From the human T2T-CHM13v2.0 reference genome, Homo sapiens, in NCBI RefSeq assembly GCF_009914755.1, contig NC_060937.1: a stretch of 64,000 bases of DNA, one strand, 5' to 3'. Positions 29,780 through 42,817 of the stretch are shown piece by piece. A model generated the notes under the pieces. That model ran no database searches. It saw nothing but the letters and a program-made list of their open reading frames with translations, and had not been told where the DNA came from. The position numbers were made by a program, and so were the translations under genes. Numbering within the stretch: position 1 is the first letter of the stretch; each line of letters starts with the position of its first letter.

Positions 29780-30708
29780 TTTCACAAGATAAAAAGACAA
29801 GAATGTCTACTCTCACCATTTCATTTAACATAGTACTGGTGGTTCTATCCAAGGCAATTAGCCAGGAATAGAATCAATGACATTTAGACTGGACAAATGA
29901 ATAAAACTATATTTGTTTGCAGTTACATAGCCCTATATTTTTAAAATCTTAAGAAATCAAGAAGCACACACACTTATTGTATAAATATGAATAAAATATT
30001 TTGGAATAAATTTAACAGAATAATTGCAAGACATATACACTTAAAACCACAAAACTTTGAAAGAAACTGAAGAATATATAAATTAATCAAAATACATCTC
30101 ATGTTCATGGGAGAGAGATTCAATGTTTTTAAGATAGCAATTCTTTGTAAATCAACCTACAAATTAATGCTATCTTTATCAAAATTCCACGCTTTATTTG
30201 TAGAAATCACTAATTTTACTTTAAAATTCATATAGAAGTGCAAGATGCCCTAGAATAAGCAACACAATCTTGAAAAATAAGAAATAGTTGCAGGACTCAC
30301 ACTTCTTAATTTCAAAACTCAATACAAAGCTACAGTAACCCATACAGTGGGGCACTGTCATAAAGACAGCCATACTGATCAATGGGATATAATTGAGAGT
30401 TGAGAAGTAAACTCTAATAACTGTAGTCAATTGATTTTGACAAATGTTCCAAGAGAATTAAATGGGATAAGAATAGGCTTTTCAGCAAATGTTGTTGGTG
30501 CAGTTGGGTATTCACATGCCAAATAATGAATCTCTACACCATAAGATATACAAAATTTAAATAGAAATTTATCAAAGGCCTAAATGTAAAGGCTAAGAAT
30601 ATAAATCTCTTAGGAGAAAACATAGGCATAAATCTTTGTGATCTTGGATTAGGAAATGGCTTTTAATGTACAAGTAGCAACACAAAAAAAAATAGATACA
30701 ATGGACAA
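29780..30708 (+). mobile_element. Old L1M ORF2 fragment
   Basis: agacaagaatgtctactctcaccatt...tacaaagctacagtaacc...ttgattttgacaaa...taggagaaaacataggc. Confidence 0.8.
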
Positions 30709-30752
30709 TCCCAAAGTTTTGGGATTACAGGCGTGAGCCACTGCGCCTGGCC
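30709..30752 (-). mobile_element. Alu 5' 44-bp remnant
   Basis: tcccaaagttttgggattacaggcgtgagccactgcgcctggcc. Confidence 0.9.
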
Positions 30753-32164
30753 CTAAACATCCTTTAATTAATTTGGAAATGGCTCATCTGGAGTTTAGGG
30801 GAGGAGCCCACTTTTCTTGAAAATATTGGACCAAACATAATTGTGTCTCATTAAATGCAAGAGGAAGAAAGATAAAGATGTAGTAGGAACACAAAAGAGC
30901 ATGACGCATTATACAAAATCTTTTAGAAATTTTAAGCAGATGGACTTAAGTGGAATGGCCCAAAAGTAAAACATAAAATGTGTTTGAATTTGATGGTAGT
31001 GAGAACAGGGTCTGGTCTCATACTTTTTACTGCACAAATTTTCGCTAACTTCTAAAATGTTTGGCCATAGTGTTGGATCCAAATTATACACCTACCAAAT
31101 TCCACAGCTTTTATTCCTTATTTTGTATCCCAATCATTAAATTGGCTTTGAAACTTGTCAGTGTTACAGTTACTCATATCTTTCATCCATAAATGTTATG
31201 AAGTTTTAAGATGAATGTTTTACTCCATGAAAACATGATTACTCTTATAATCTGTATCCTTTAAAATGTTTCTTCATTCTTACCATATCACCATAGGCAA
31301 ATGGCTCATTTTTTATAAGCTGTTTCATTGTTCATTTTTATGAATGCTACAGGTCATCAATCGGATGGTTACCTTTCTGATGGCAATGTTTATGCATGTT
31401 GATATATTTCTTAAGTTAAAAAATACTATTTTATAAGAATAAATAAAGGCTATATCTAAGTTGAAGTTCCCGAAAAATAATATATATTTTGTGCTTTTCT
31501 CCATGAGGTACTTTGGTACCTATATAATGCCAAGATAACTAGACATTTGAAATGAAAAAAAAATGCAAACTGTTTTACTAAATTAAAATATTTTAATAGC
31601 ATCTATTATGCATGTTTAGAATCAATTTGATATTTTACCTTTATTTCTCAAATGTATCCTATCAGCTGGTTTGATTCAGTGGTTGAGACTCAGCTGGCAT
31701 GGTCCCTGTCTCTGGCTCTGAAACACCACATTTTGCTGGGATGAATATAGAGTGGGAGCAGTAGGCTCAAAGAATCTTTTCCAATCCTATTGAGGCAAAA
31801 GAGGAGAAAGGGTCAGATGTGGGTTTGAAGAAATTTTGTGTACATGGCAGAAGAAGCTATCTGGCTACATGGAATAAAAGATCAATCCACATTAACGTAA
31901 ATACTATGTTTTTTATTCAGCTCAAGTAAACATGAAATTCTGAGAGTTTCTGAAAAGATAGTACAAGTTAATATCATTTCCCCTTCTCATTTGTAAAACT
32001 AAATTTTAACTATAGTGTCATTTTCATACATTTCCATTTTAAACATTTTAATAGGTTCCCAATATCACTAGCACTGTGTAAGGGATATAAAATATATATT
32101 ATATGAATATTATGTTAATGATTAAAAAGGAATATTAAAAACATGAATTAAGACAACTATATTC

Positions 32165-32460
<296 letters not shown>

Positions 32461-35400
32461 ACAACCATATTCTTTCAAAGATATAAATGACATATCTGGG
32501 TAGATTGGGATTTCTCTCCTCAAGTAAGAATCACACACTTATTTCCTTTACCCATTCTCCTAAATAAGGTGACACAATATGGCCAAATAATGTTGACACA
32601 GGAGTGAGTATCATGGGATATAAAAATCTAGATTCTATGGTAGCTGCTTTAACTACTTAGTTTTCCAGCAATGAGTGTTGCTATATTGAATAGACCCACA
32701 CAATTACAGGAGAATATTCATGGGCCATGCACAAAATCAATTTGTAAAGACACTTCTTAGGTGTGCTCATTAATTTGCTTAGACTTATCTCATTGTCTGA
32801 GACAAGTGAGGTGAATAGAAGAGGTTAAAAACAATGTTATGGAAAGATATTAAAGTTTTTGGAACTTAGTATTTAATACCATCTATTAATCTACTATTTT
32901 TTTGAATTCCAGAAACTTGACAATACTAATTGAGAATTGAAAATTTGATTATTGAGTAGAAGTGAGATATTCTCTTGCACCACTTTACTCTTACCTGTTT
33001 CTAGCCATCCACAACAGGGAAATGAAAGAGTAGGCATTAAGAGAGGTTAGCTATTTAAGAAATAACAGAAAAATTGTGACTTCAGGATAAAAGTTAAGAG
33101 AAGAAAGCAAACCTCTGCCTGTTGAAACTTTACTGTTGTCTCTCATTGGTATACAGTGTCTGCTTAAATGAGGGAAAGAAACTTAGAAACACATAAGTGA
33201 ACTAAAACTACCAACACGGTATGGACTAGGCTTTTAGGTTTCTTTGCCTCTTGTAAATGAGATTCTCCTATCCTTCTCTGTCTATACACTGCTGTTTAGT
33301 TCTTTGAAACTAATAACAACAGTTCAATAATAAGAGTGTTTCTAAAAGCCATTTCCAAGAAGAGGTTAATAAGTACTTACTTTCACTTGCTTTTGCAATG
33401 ACCTCATTACAAAGCTACATTAAAACATAAAGGCATTGATATAGCACATATTGCATTAAGGCTGAACCACATTTTTTTTAGATTTGCAAGTAATATCATT
33501 TGTCATATTTCACAGATTTGAAAATGTGTCATAATTGGCTATCTCTCAAGAACTCTGGATTCACACATGTGTGATAAGAATAAGCAAGTATTAGCCAGTA
33601 ATTAGTCAGCTCTCTTTTTTCTTTCCTAAATGGTTTTTTGGATACGACAGTCTACTCTGAGGCAAATTAAAAATAAGAGTTAATCTCAGGTCAGTTTATA
33701 ACAAAGTCCTGTGTCACACCAGAATTTACATCAGACAATAAAATGTGCTTTAAACAGCTTTCCTTTAAAAGATGATGAATGAACAAATGCATTGGGGTAT
33801 ATTTGTTTTCTCATATACAATGTGCAAAAGCCAAATTGGCTTGCATTTTGGAACATTCTGATACTAATTATTATGTGCTGATAAAGCATACTGTACAGTG
33901 GAATTTCCCGTGGAAATAATCCCTGCCTTAAGGGTTTACAGCTTGAATATTCAAAATTGTCCTAGCAGTACAATTCAGACATATGCAACTTAGCAAGCTG
34001 ACTGGTACAAAACTGGCACTGGTCTCTTAGTTAAACTCCTGTTCCAACACCATGGGTACAGGCAAAAGCAGACATGATCTGCTCAGTTTGTGAAATACCA
34101 GTGAGTATTCAATAAAAAATAGCTAGTAGATTTCTACACAGTTCTCTAATATTAAGCCCTATTAAAGTGAACAAATAAAGAAGAGTAAAATATTGGCATT
34201 CATATCCTTAAATGGGTTGATTTGGGGCATAAATATAGAAGACTGTCTGGTTCATTTTTAAACCTTTGATTTACTAATCCTATGATCCTGTGATTACTGA
34301 AACATACGGATGACATTAAATCTGCTTTATTCTCACAATGTATTCAGGGTAAATTCTTGATGGGAAAATTCAAACAGAAAAAGTGAGCATTGGTGAGTTA
34401 AAAGGATTTCAAACAAGAGTGAATAAAACAAAGGTAAGTGTTTTTTTAATCAAAAGATGTATCACATATTTAACAAGTTTTAAAGGCTTTAATAGTATAA
34501 AGGCTTTTTGGAAAGTCATATTGCATATATAGATATATATCTCAACTCACCTCAAATGTAAGATATATTAATTGTTGCTAAGTCGATTGTCACTAAAGAG
34601 TCCTAATTGATGAATGCTAGCCATAAGAAACATATACAAACAAATGGTCCTGCTTCTGGAGCTCCTATCCCAATATTCCGAGATACTGTATGAACAAATC
34701 TATTCTAATATGAAAACACAGAATATAAAAATGAAAAATGAATATATTTACATTGTTTGTATGTATATCTGATATATTACACAGACATACCAAAGATACT
34801 GAATATCTTAATGCTGGTGTCAGGAAGAAACATGCCTGATTTGAATTTCAAATTTATTTTTATATGTAAACCCATGCATATATACAATATTTATATATAT
34901 AATAGTTTGTTCATATATGTTATATATTCATATATAATAGTTACATATACTTAAAAGTAATATGATAAATATAGCACAATTATGTTTTAATATCATAAAT
35001 AACATCTGTGGTTTATCTGAGAATCTACCTTCTCCTTAGGCTATTTTCTCTTTTTTTAAACTTAGAAAATATAGTTTATTTTCAAATAATAAACCTGCCC
35101 AAATTTGATATCTTGGTTTTCTCCATTTTTTTAAACTAAGGAAGCTTTGAAAAATGGTACTGGGAAAGATTATAATCAAACTATTATAAAACAATTACTT
35201 ACTAAAAGTATTGTATAAAGTGCAAAGTAGATAGGGTTAGAAAAGGCGATATTTAAAATATAACTATGTATTCTATATTATAAAATAATAGAAGTCATTT
35301 TCTACAACTTGAATAAAGTCACCATGCTCATTCATATCTGAAATAGCTATTAGCATAATTCAAGATACATCATATCATATAGTATATCCAGGCACAGTGG

Positions 35401-35910
35401 TATTTAAAAACTAATTTTTGAATGAATAACTATAACCTACTTAAACGTCAAGCAGTAACAATATGTTTCTGCAAAGTAGTGAGGCTATCCTTTGTTCAAG
35501 AAACGCATGCTTACTCTATCCCCAAAGGATAACAATTCAGTCTGATTAGCTACTCTGTCCAGAGTCAAGTCAGGGGTCCTGCATATTCCTTGGTCTGTCA
35601 TGTCTAAACACCACTTATTCAGTCTCTAATTTATAAACAAGAGTAACCACTAATAGACCTATATAGTAAAGTGGGAAAAGTGGGAATCTATTAAATAAAT
35701 GAATTAAATACTTAACAAAGAAAGAAAATTATGGGTAGATGCATAATTCTTGTTTCTGCAACTTGTTACAGGCATTCTTTATTATATGTTCTGTGCTTCA
35801 TTTTCTTCCCTCTCAAACTGCACACTTTAGTATGGATTCTATTACTGATGGTGTGACCTAGCCCTTTATTCTTTAAAAAAAATTAGCTCTTAGTTGATCC
35901 ACTTTTAAGC

Positions 35911-35940
35911 ATGTGTGTGTGTGTATGTGTGTGTGTCTGT
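35911..35940 (+). repeat. (TG)n microsatellite
   Basis: atgtgtgtgtgtgtatgtgtgtgtg. Confidence 0.85.
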
Positions 35941-37159
35941 CCCTGGAAGTCAATATACACTTTCTGAGCACGTTTTTCTTAATCACCAACATTTATGCCA
36001 TATTTCCGGGTGATAACAAGTATTATCAAACAATTAACACACTATACCCCTCTCCTTTGGTCTTTTCCCCCCATTTGTTCAATTATGTGAGGAACCTGAA
36101 TTGGCTTAGTTGAATTTTTATAATTCAGTTAAATCAACCTGTTGTAATCATTCCTTCTTTGTGTTCAAAGATTGTTATAGTGTATAGCTCAGGGTGTCCC
36201 AGTGAAGAACAAAAGTAATCTATGCATGAGTCAAGAGTTGTAATAAGAAGTACAATTTATACTTCTAACCCTTATTTTCCAAGAGTACATATTATACCTC
36301 TTAACAAATCACCATAGACTTTTATTGATACAGAACATTTGCTCCAGGCCCTCTAGGTTGTTTCTCACAGGGGTATGAACTTCGAAGAGTTTGGGGAAAA
36401 TGAGAAGACTAGTGAATCTGTAAACATTAGCTGACTGCTCTATTTATTTTGCTGTAAAATGAGTTTCTAGATTAGATTAGGTTTTATTTCCCATAGTTTT
36501 CTTTTTATAATGAAATCTTTCATGCACATATCTATTTGACAGAGCCTATAACACATGTCTGTTTCCTAGAAGCAAATGATTCTGGAGTGAGTTTACGGAA
36601 TCAGCCTTGGCAGCCTGACCTATTAACATGAGAAGGGTGTTTTAAAGATGTTAGCTGGCAGAGATAGCGAGAGAGCGACAGCGAGAAAGATAAATGTTTA
36701 TAACCAGTCATTTTAGAGATGAGAAAATGAATAAAGACAAGGACTCATGAAATTCAGGCTAATAGCTACATTAATGTGGGGTTTAGATCAAAATCCTGAG
36801 AGACACAATCCCAAATGTCGTAATTCTGAATGTTACATCCCTCAGAATCAAAATTCTTAAAGTCTAAATCCCAAAATGTCGAGATCCTAAATGACTAAAA
36901 TTCCAAAAGTCGCAATCACCAAAGATTAAAACCCCAAATGCTGAAACCCTGAAAGCCTAATCCTGGGGACGGTATTAGTGCGTTTTTGGTTGTATGCAGG
37001 ATAATTAAATCATGTTAGTTGCATCATGTTAGGTAGAATGATTACATTGCTATTACCTTTATTTTCATTCTCAGAAAACTCAGGCGAGTGGATTAGTCAC
37101 AAAAAATGGCAAAACTTCCATTTTAAGATGAAAACTTTCATTTAAAAATGTATCATTTT

Positions 37160-37410
37160 CCTGCATTGGCATTCCTTCCAGCTGATGACATTCAAGGAGC
37201 TTTTAAAGAATTAAAGCCAAATTTACCCGAAGAAGCCAGTGAAGTTACTGACAGGTTCGAAAATAATTATTTGCATGGTAGTTTTAAAAGGCACTTACTC
37301 AACAGTCTTCCTGTTTGATCACCAGTGTTGTTTCCACCAAATCTATGCCCTGCATATAAATGCATGTGGAATGGGTTACTGTGTACCCAAAACAACATAA
37401 AAATGGTTAA
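37160..37410 (+). pseudogene. MULE transposase C-terminal remnant
   Basis: Translates PALAFLPADDIQGAFKELKPNLPEEASEVTDRFENNYLHG, then PPNL...TQNNI (MULE RTNN-type motif); disrupted. Confidence 0.75.
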
Positions 37411-38308
37411 AGAAAAAACGGATAGGAAAATTTAATAGGAAATACTGATGTCAATGTCTGTGAAATTACAGAATAATTTTTAAAAGGTCAGCATCATGTA
37501 AAAAGTGAGTGTGAACATATTCTCTGAGGAGAGCCATGTCCTAAATGAAAAAAAAAAAAATGTAGCTATTCATTGTGATGCCAGACTTCAAAATGTAGTC
37601 AATGATTGTGAAAGTTGACCAGCTCTTATGGACTATCTCTGTGCAGTTGCCTATAATCTATCCCTGTAATACACTTTTTCATATCAAATTTACGTTTTAG
37701 TTGGTTTCTTTCTTCTTTTCCTTTTTTTTGTCAAAATTGTCATCATGTATGTCATTTTTGCATCATTTTCAATAATGGAGATACAAATTGTGTGGAGACT
37801 TCTTGAGAGTTTTGTTTTGTGCATTTTTTTTGGCAAATTTGACTCCGTGAAAATGCATTATCACAAGGTTGACTTTGTGTGTAAGCATTGTGTGCATGCG
37901 TAAAAATGTTGAAACTTTTTCAATAAATGAAGAGATGTCCTTTTTCTACATCTTCATTTTTGAAAAAGGAAATAAATGTCCTGAGTCTCGTCTCTTCAGG
38001 TGACTTCATATAACGTTGGTCACCCACCACAAATTTTAACTGATCTCATCAAATGACAGATCATTCATCACGGTTTTGCAGATGATTGCAGTTATAAAGC
38101 TGGGTGCATGCAATTACCAGCCATACTGATATGTGTTTATACATTTCTCTTTTTGACTTCTTGTGTTATGAATATAGTTCATCTGTTCATAGCTATTATA
38201 CCCATGCAACTGTCATTAGTGTACTGGAGTGTTTGTTCATGCTTGCAATAATATGTATGGTATTAGTGCCTATTTTATTTTGTAAGTGATCTATGAAGTT
38301 TTCCGTCT

Positions 38309-38614
38309 CTTTTTTTTTTCTTTTTTTTTTTTGAAACAGAATTTCATTCTTGTTGCCCAGGCTGGAGTGCAGTGGGGCGATCTCGGCTCACCACAACCTC
38401 CACTTCCTGGGTTCAAGGGATTCTCCTGCCTCAGCCTCCTGAGTAGCTGAGATTACAAGCATGTGCCACCACGCCCAGCTAATTTTGTATTTTTAGTAGA
38501 GACAGGGTTTCTCCATGTTGGTCCAGCTGTCTCAAACTCCCGACCTTAGGTGGATCCACCTGCCTCAGCCTCCCACAGTGCTAGGATTACAAGCGTGAGC
38601 CACCACACCCACGC
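38309..38614 (-). mobile_element. AluSp nested in Ricksha
   Basis: ctcaccacaacc, tttctccatgttggtc, ctcccgacc (Sp-type diagnostics). Confidence 0.9.
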
Positions 38615-41600
38615 TATCATGTTTTTATATGTTTCCCAAATAAATTCCCTCTTTAGAAATGCGAATAAACATCCTTTTAAATTTTTAAATTATTTTTCCA
38701 GAATTATATTTTTGGGGATTTTGCTCTTTCTGGATTTCAACCTTCAGGATATAGCCTTGGGATAGTGTCTTTCAGAATTTTCATGTGCTCTTGTTAATGT
38801 CCTCTTTGGAATGATTCAATGAGAATCATATTATATTTTGTTTACCTCTTTTGCCAGTTGTGGACCTGAAAGCTCTAATTATGTCTCTATATTAATATAA
38901 AAGTAAAATTTTCTTAACTCTATTTTCATCTTGAACACATTTACATTAAACAAGCATATCCTCCAAATATGAAGCGATGACATAAAAGTGAGGAGGTCAA
39001 AAATCCAATCTCTGGATCGATGTCACTGCACAAAACTATGCCACAAGAAACAGTGATTCTGATGATATCTTAGGCAATGTGCTGGGGATGGGGGAACAAA
39101 GAGAAAGTACAAACTATACTTTAATAATGGAAATGTTACATGTGGAGATAATTTCATTTTTAACGAATACATTAATTAGGAAAAAAATTTTCTCATTTCT
39201 ATTGAGAAGAAATTTGGAGAGTAGAAAAAAGCTAAAATTGTAAAAAGTGAGATATAAGATGCATATAAAATAACATTTTGAAAACACTTATACTTTATAC
39301 CAAACAAAAAAAAACTGTAGATTATCATCCCTATATGCACATCTGTTATATCTCTATATTAAATTAAATATTTGACACTACTCTATATTTTTATTATTAT
39401 AATAAATTTAATATACCCATTTAAAAAAGTATTTTTAATGTAAAGAGGCAAAGTTGTTTTAAAAGAAGCTTACTTCCAACTTTGCATTGAATGTCAAGGA
39501 AAATGCAAAGCATGATACATTGATGAGAATGTGCTGTATTGGCTTATTTTTGCCAACAAACTACTCTGTGTTTATATGTTACAAAGCATGATGATACATA
39601 TAGTAACACATACTTGATTCTCATATCAACAACCAATTGTCAAAATTTACTCACACATTGTTTTTCTTCAGCTAATATTTGCTTTTTAAAGAAGCACTAT
39701 GTGTTCATTTGTCATTGATGATTGTTATAAATATCTTGGTGATAGTAAAAGGGAGTCACAAAATAAAATATTTTAACAATGTTTAGTAGATAGAAATATG
39801 ATTAGAAAATAGATCACTGTATTATCTTTAAAATGACCATGTTTCACCGAGGTTTCAATGTCCTCACATTATTTTAATGATCATATTATATCTTTTTGTC
39901 TGACACCCTCAAAGTGGTATTTCTGATGCCCATGGTTCCTTACCCTGGTATAAGAAACAGGTATAAGTGTTACCATAGTTATTTGGTACTTTGCCTCATT
40001 TAAAGACTCATACAAATTACAAGTTCATGTGGCATGTTAAACTTCATATTTCCCCTTGTACTTATACCAAGACCTTAGGAAACCTATGAATAGCCCTCCT
40101 CTTGAGTCCTCAAACAAGAGAGATAGACACAGAAAAAGGCAGACAGACATAAAAAATATCAATTGTATTTCTGATAATCACTTATCAGTAGGATATGGCT
40201 TAAACCTGTGTCCACAACAGGCTTCCTGTTAACAAACTAAAAGAATTATAGAGGTTTACTTCCTCCGCTTCTATATTCCTCACCTCTTCATCCCCATCAC
40301 TTGCACAACTGAACCACTATAGGCCTTTGCCAACAGGAACAAGCTCCTGTTACCACACAGAAAAAAACAAACAGAATGATTCATTCCTGCAACCAGGCTG
40401 GCTCCCCAAAGAACTCATTTAAGAAATGACTGAGCCACAAGGAGTGTGTATATTTCCCCTCACATTTGATATAAATCTTAATATTTTCATATGAAGTTCC
40501 CACTCATCTCTTAACTAAAAAAACTCCCTTATGTAAGTTGATAGCTTTATATATGCTTTCTCAGACTCTTTTTGCCTACAAAAACATTAATACAAAAATA
40601 AGGCTTTCCAATTTCAGTTGTGTGACTGAATAAGGGCAAGCACCATAACAGTCTCAGCTACCATAAATCACACACATGAAAACCTTTGTTCATGGCACTT
40701 TCATCACAGATGTCAGCATTCTCCTTGTTATCTTGCCCAAAGTAGGATGAGCTCTGCAGAAGCAGGCCATTTGATTCCTATTACTTTTGTGAGTCTTTCC
40801 TTCCACTGACAGAACAAGAGCTGTATTCTGGTTTAGACCTCTTGAAATTGATACTACTGGGATAGGTGTTTCTCTAACAGAAGTGAGGTACAAAGTCATT
40901 GTGAATTCTTTGTATTGGGATTAGAAAAGAAGTGTTTTTTATCGATATTAACTTTGCTATTCCTATCATGTTTTGGATATAACTTTCTCCTCTTCTGCAG
41001 TTCACACCTCTCCAGCTGAAGACAAGGACAAACTAAAGCCTTCCCTTGGCACCTGAAGCATTCAACCGGACTAAGACGGCCCCTCTCTAGAATTGTGAAC
41101 ACTTGTTTCTAAAATAATACCTACATGCCATTCTAGTCCCTTCTATAGTGTGTATTTTGCTTTTTCAGTCCAAAACATGTCAATGTATATGTATTTTAAA
41201 TTACACTGAATGTAAAAAAAGCATAGTACTTACGTAGCAGAATAAATTAATTTTGTTCTACGTGTTCTGTATTTAAGGGACACATGCCTCATGTACTTTC
41301 ATGGGAAATGAAAATTTCAATGGTGGATCGTCCTCTAACTCTATTCTCCAGGATGGAAATGTCACTAGTAATCAACAATAGGCAGGTGAGACGAATTTTG
41401 GTGGAGAAGTAGAGAAGGCTTGTCCATTTGCTTGTGTCAATGACACTACCCTGTAAAATTTGTGTAATCCAGAAACCACACTTTTTGTGTGATTTACAAA
41501 AACTGGATTACAAAAAGCTACAGCATGAAGATACTTTGATTTATCTTTCTGAAAAACTTACTGTAAGTCCATTTTTTAAATTTTACTTCAAATCACCTAC

Positions 41601-41655
41601 AAATGACATTTTTATTTGTTTACATCCAGTGGCAGTTAGTCTATCATAGTAGTAT

Positions 41656-42817
41656 TGAGAGGTGACAACGTGCTAGCAGCCCTTGCTCGCTCTCGGCGCC
41701 TCCTCTGCCTTGGCGTCCGCTCTCGAGGAGCCCTTCAGCCCACCACTGTGCTGTAGGGGCCCCTCTCTGGAGCTGGCCGAGGCCGGAGCCGGCTCCCCTC
41801 TGCTCTCCGAGAGGTGTGGAGGGAAAGGCGCGGGCGGGAGCAGGGGCTGTGCGCCCCGCTCCTACACCGGTGCAGCTTCGGGGTGGGCGCAGGCTCCGAG
41901 GGCCAGCACTAGGAGCTGCCAGCCAGCGCCTGCTGGGCTTGATGGGGGGACGATCTCCCTCTGGGCTGCTGGAGTGGCCTGGCTAGGTGCCACAAAGTCC
42001 CATGGCGAGTGCCATTGACAGGCGAAGCCGGCTGGGTTTCTGGGTCTGGTGGGGACCTGGAGAACTTTTGTGTCTAGCTAAAGGTTTGTAAATGCACCAA
42101 TCAGCACTCTGTGTCTAACCAAAGGTTTGTAAATGCACCAATCAGCACTCTGTCTCTAGCTAATCGGGTAGGGGACTTGGAGAACTTTTGTGTCTAGCTA
42201 AAGGATTGTAAATGCACCAATCAGCGCTCTGTGTCTAGCTAAAGGTTTGTAAACGCACCATTCAGTGCTCTGTCAAGACAGACCAATCAGCTTTCTGTAA
42301 AACGGACCAATTAGCTCTCTGTAAAATGGACCAATCAGTAGGATGTGGGTGGGGCCAGATAAGGGAATAAAAACAGGCCGCCCCAGCCAGCAGGGGCAAC
42401 CTGCTGGGGTCCTCTTTAATGCAGTGGTAACTTTGTTCTTTCCCTCTTCCCAGTAAATCTTGTTGCTGCTCACTCTTTGGGTCTGTGCCACCTTTGTAGC
42501 TGTAACACTAACCGCTAAGGTCTGTAGCTTCACTCCTGAGGCCAGCTAGACTACAAACCCACTGGGAGGTTGGAACATCTGGAAGGGAGGAACATCCGGA
42601 AGGGAGGAAGAAACAACTCCAGACTCACCGCCTTTAAGAATCGTAACACTCACCACAAAGGTCTGCAGCTTCACTCCTGGAGTCAGTGAGATCACGAACC
42701 CAACAGAAGGAACAAACTCCGGACACACCAACTTTAAGAACTGTAACCCTCACCACGAGGGTCTGCTGCTTCATTCTTGAAGTCAGCAAGACCAAGAACC
42801 CACCAATTCTGGACACA
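41656..42817 (+). mobile_element. Solo LTR12 (LTR12D/E-like, HERV9)
   Basis: tgagaggtgacaacgtgctagcagccc...accaattctggacaca; 4-bp TSD gtat (41652-55, 42818-21). Confidence 0.95.
42085..42375 (+). promoter_or_regulatory. LTR12 U3 CCAAT (NF-Y) box array and aataaaa TATA-like box
   Basis: Multiple ccaatcag repeats, a gggtgggg GC box, gataa and aataaaa; known ERV9 LTR promoter layout. Confidence 0.65.

Larger units (their letters stand above)
36778..38791 (+). mobile_element. Ricksha (MULE-MuDR) DNA transposon with both TIRs
   Basis: ~80-bp imperfect terminal inverted repeats (aaaatcctgagagacacaatcccaa vs reverse complement aaaattctgaaagacactatcccaa); aaatccc subterminal repeats; 9-bp TSD cattaatgt/tgttaatgt. 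Confidence 0.88.

Noticed and set aside
33820-33960. Non-repetitive stretch with an NF-kB-like ggaatttccc motif
   Set aside because: A lone motif cannot support an enhancer call without conservation or chromatin data
36790-36960. Short aaatccc-like repeats as a telomeric or novel array
   Set aside because: Explained as Ricksha subterminal repeats
42060-42340. Regularly spaced repeats resembling a CRISPR array
   Set aside because: These are the internal U3 repeats of LTR12; no unique spacers, no cas genes, eukaryotic context
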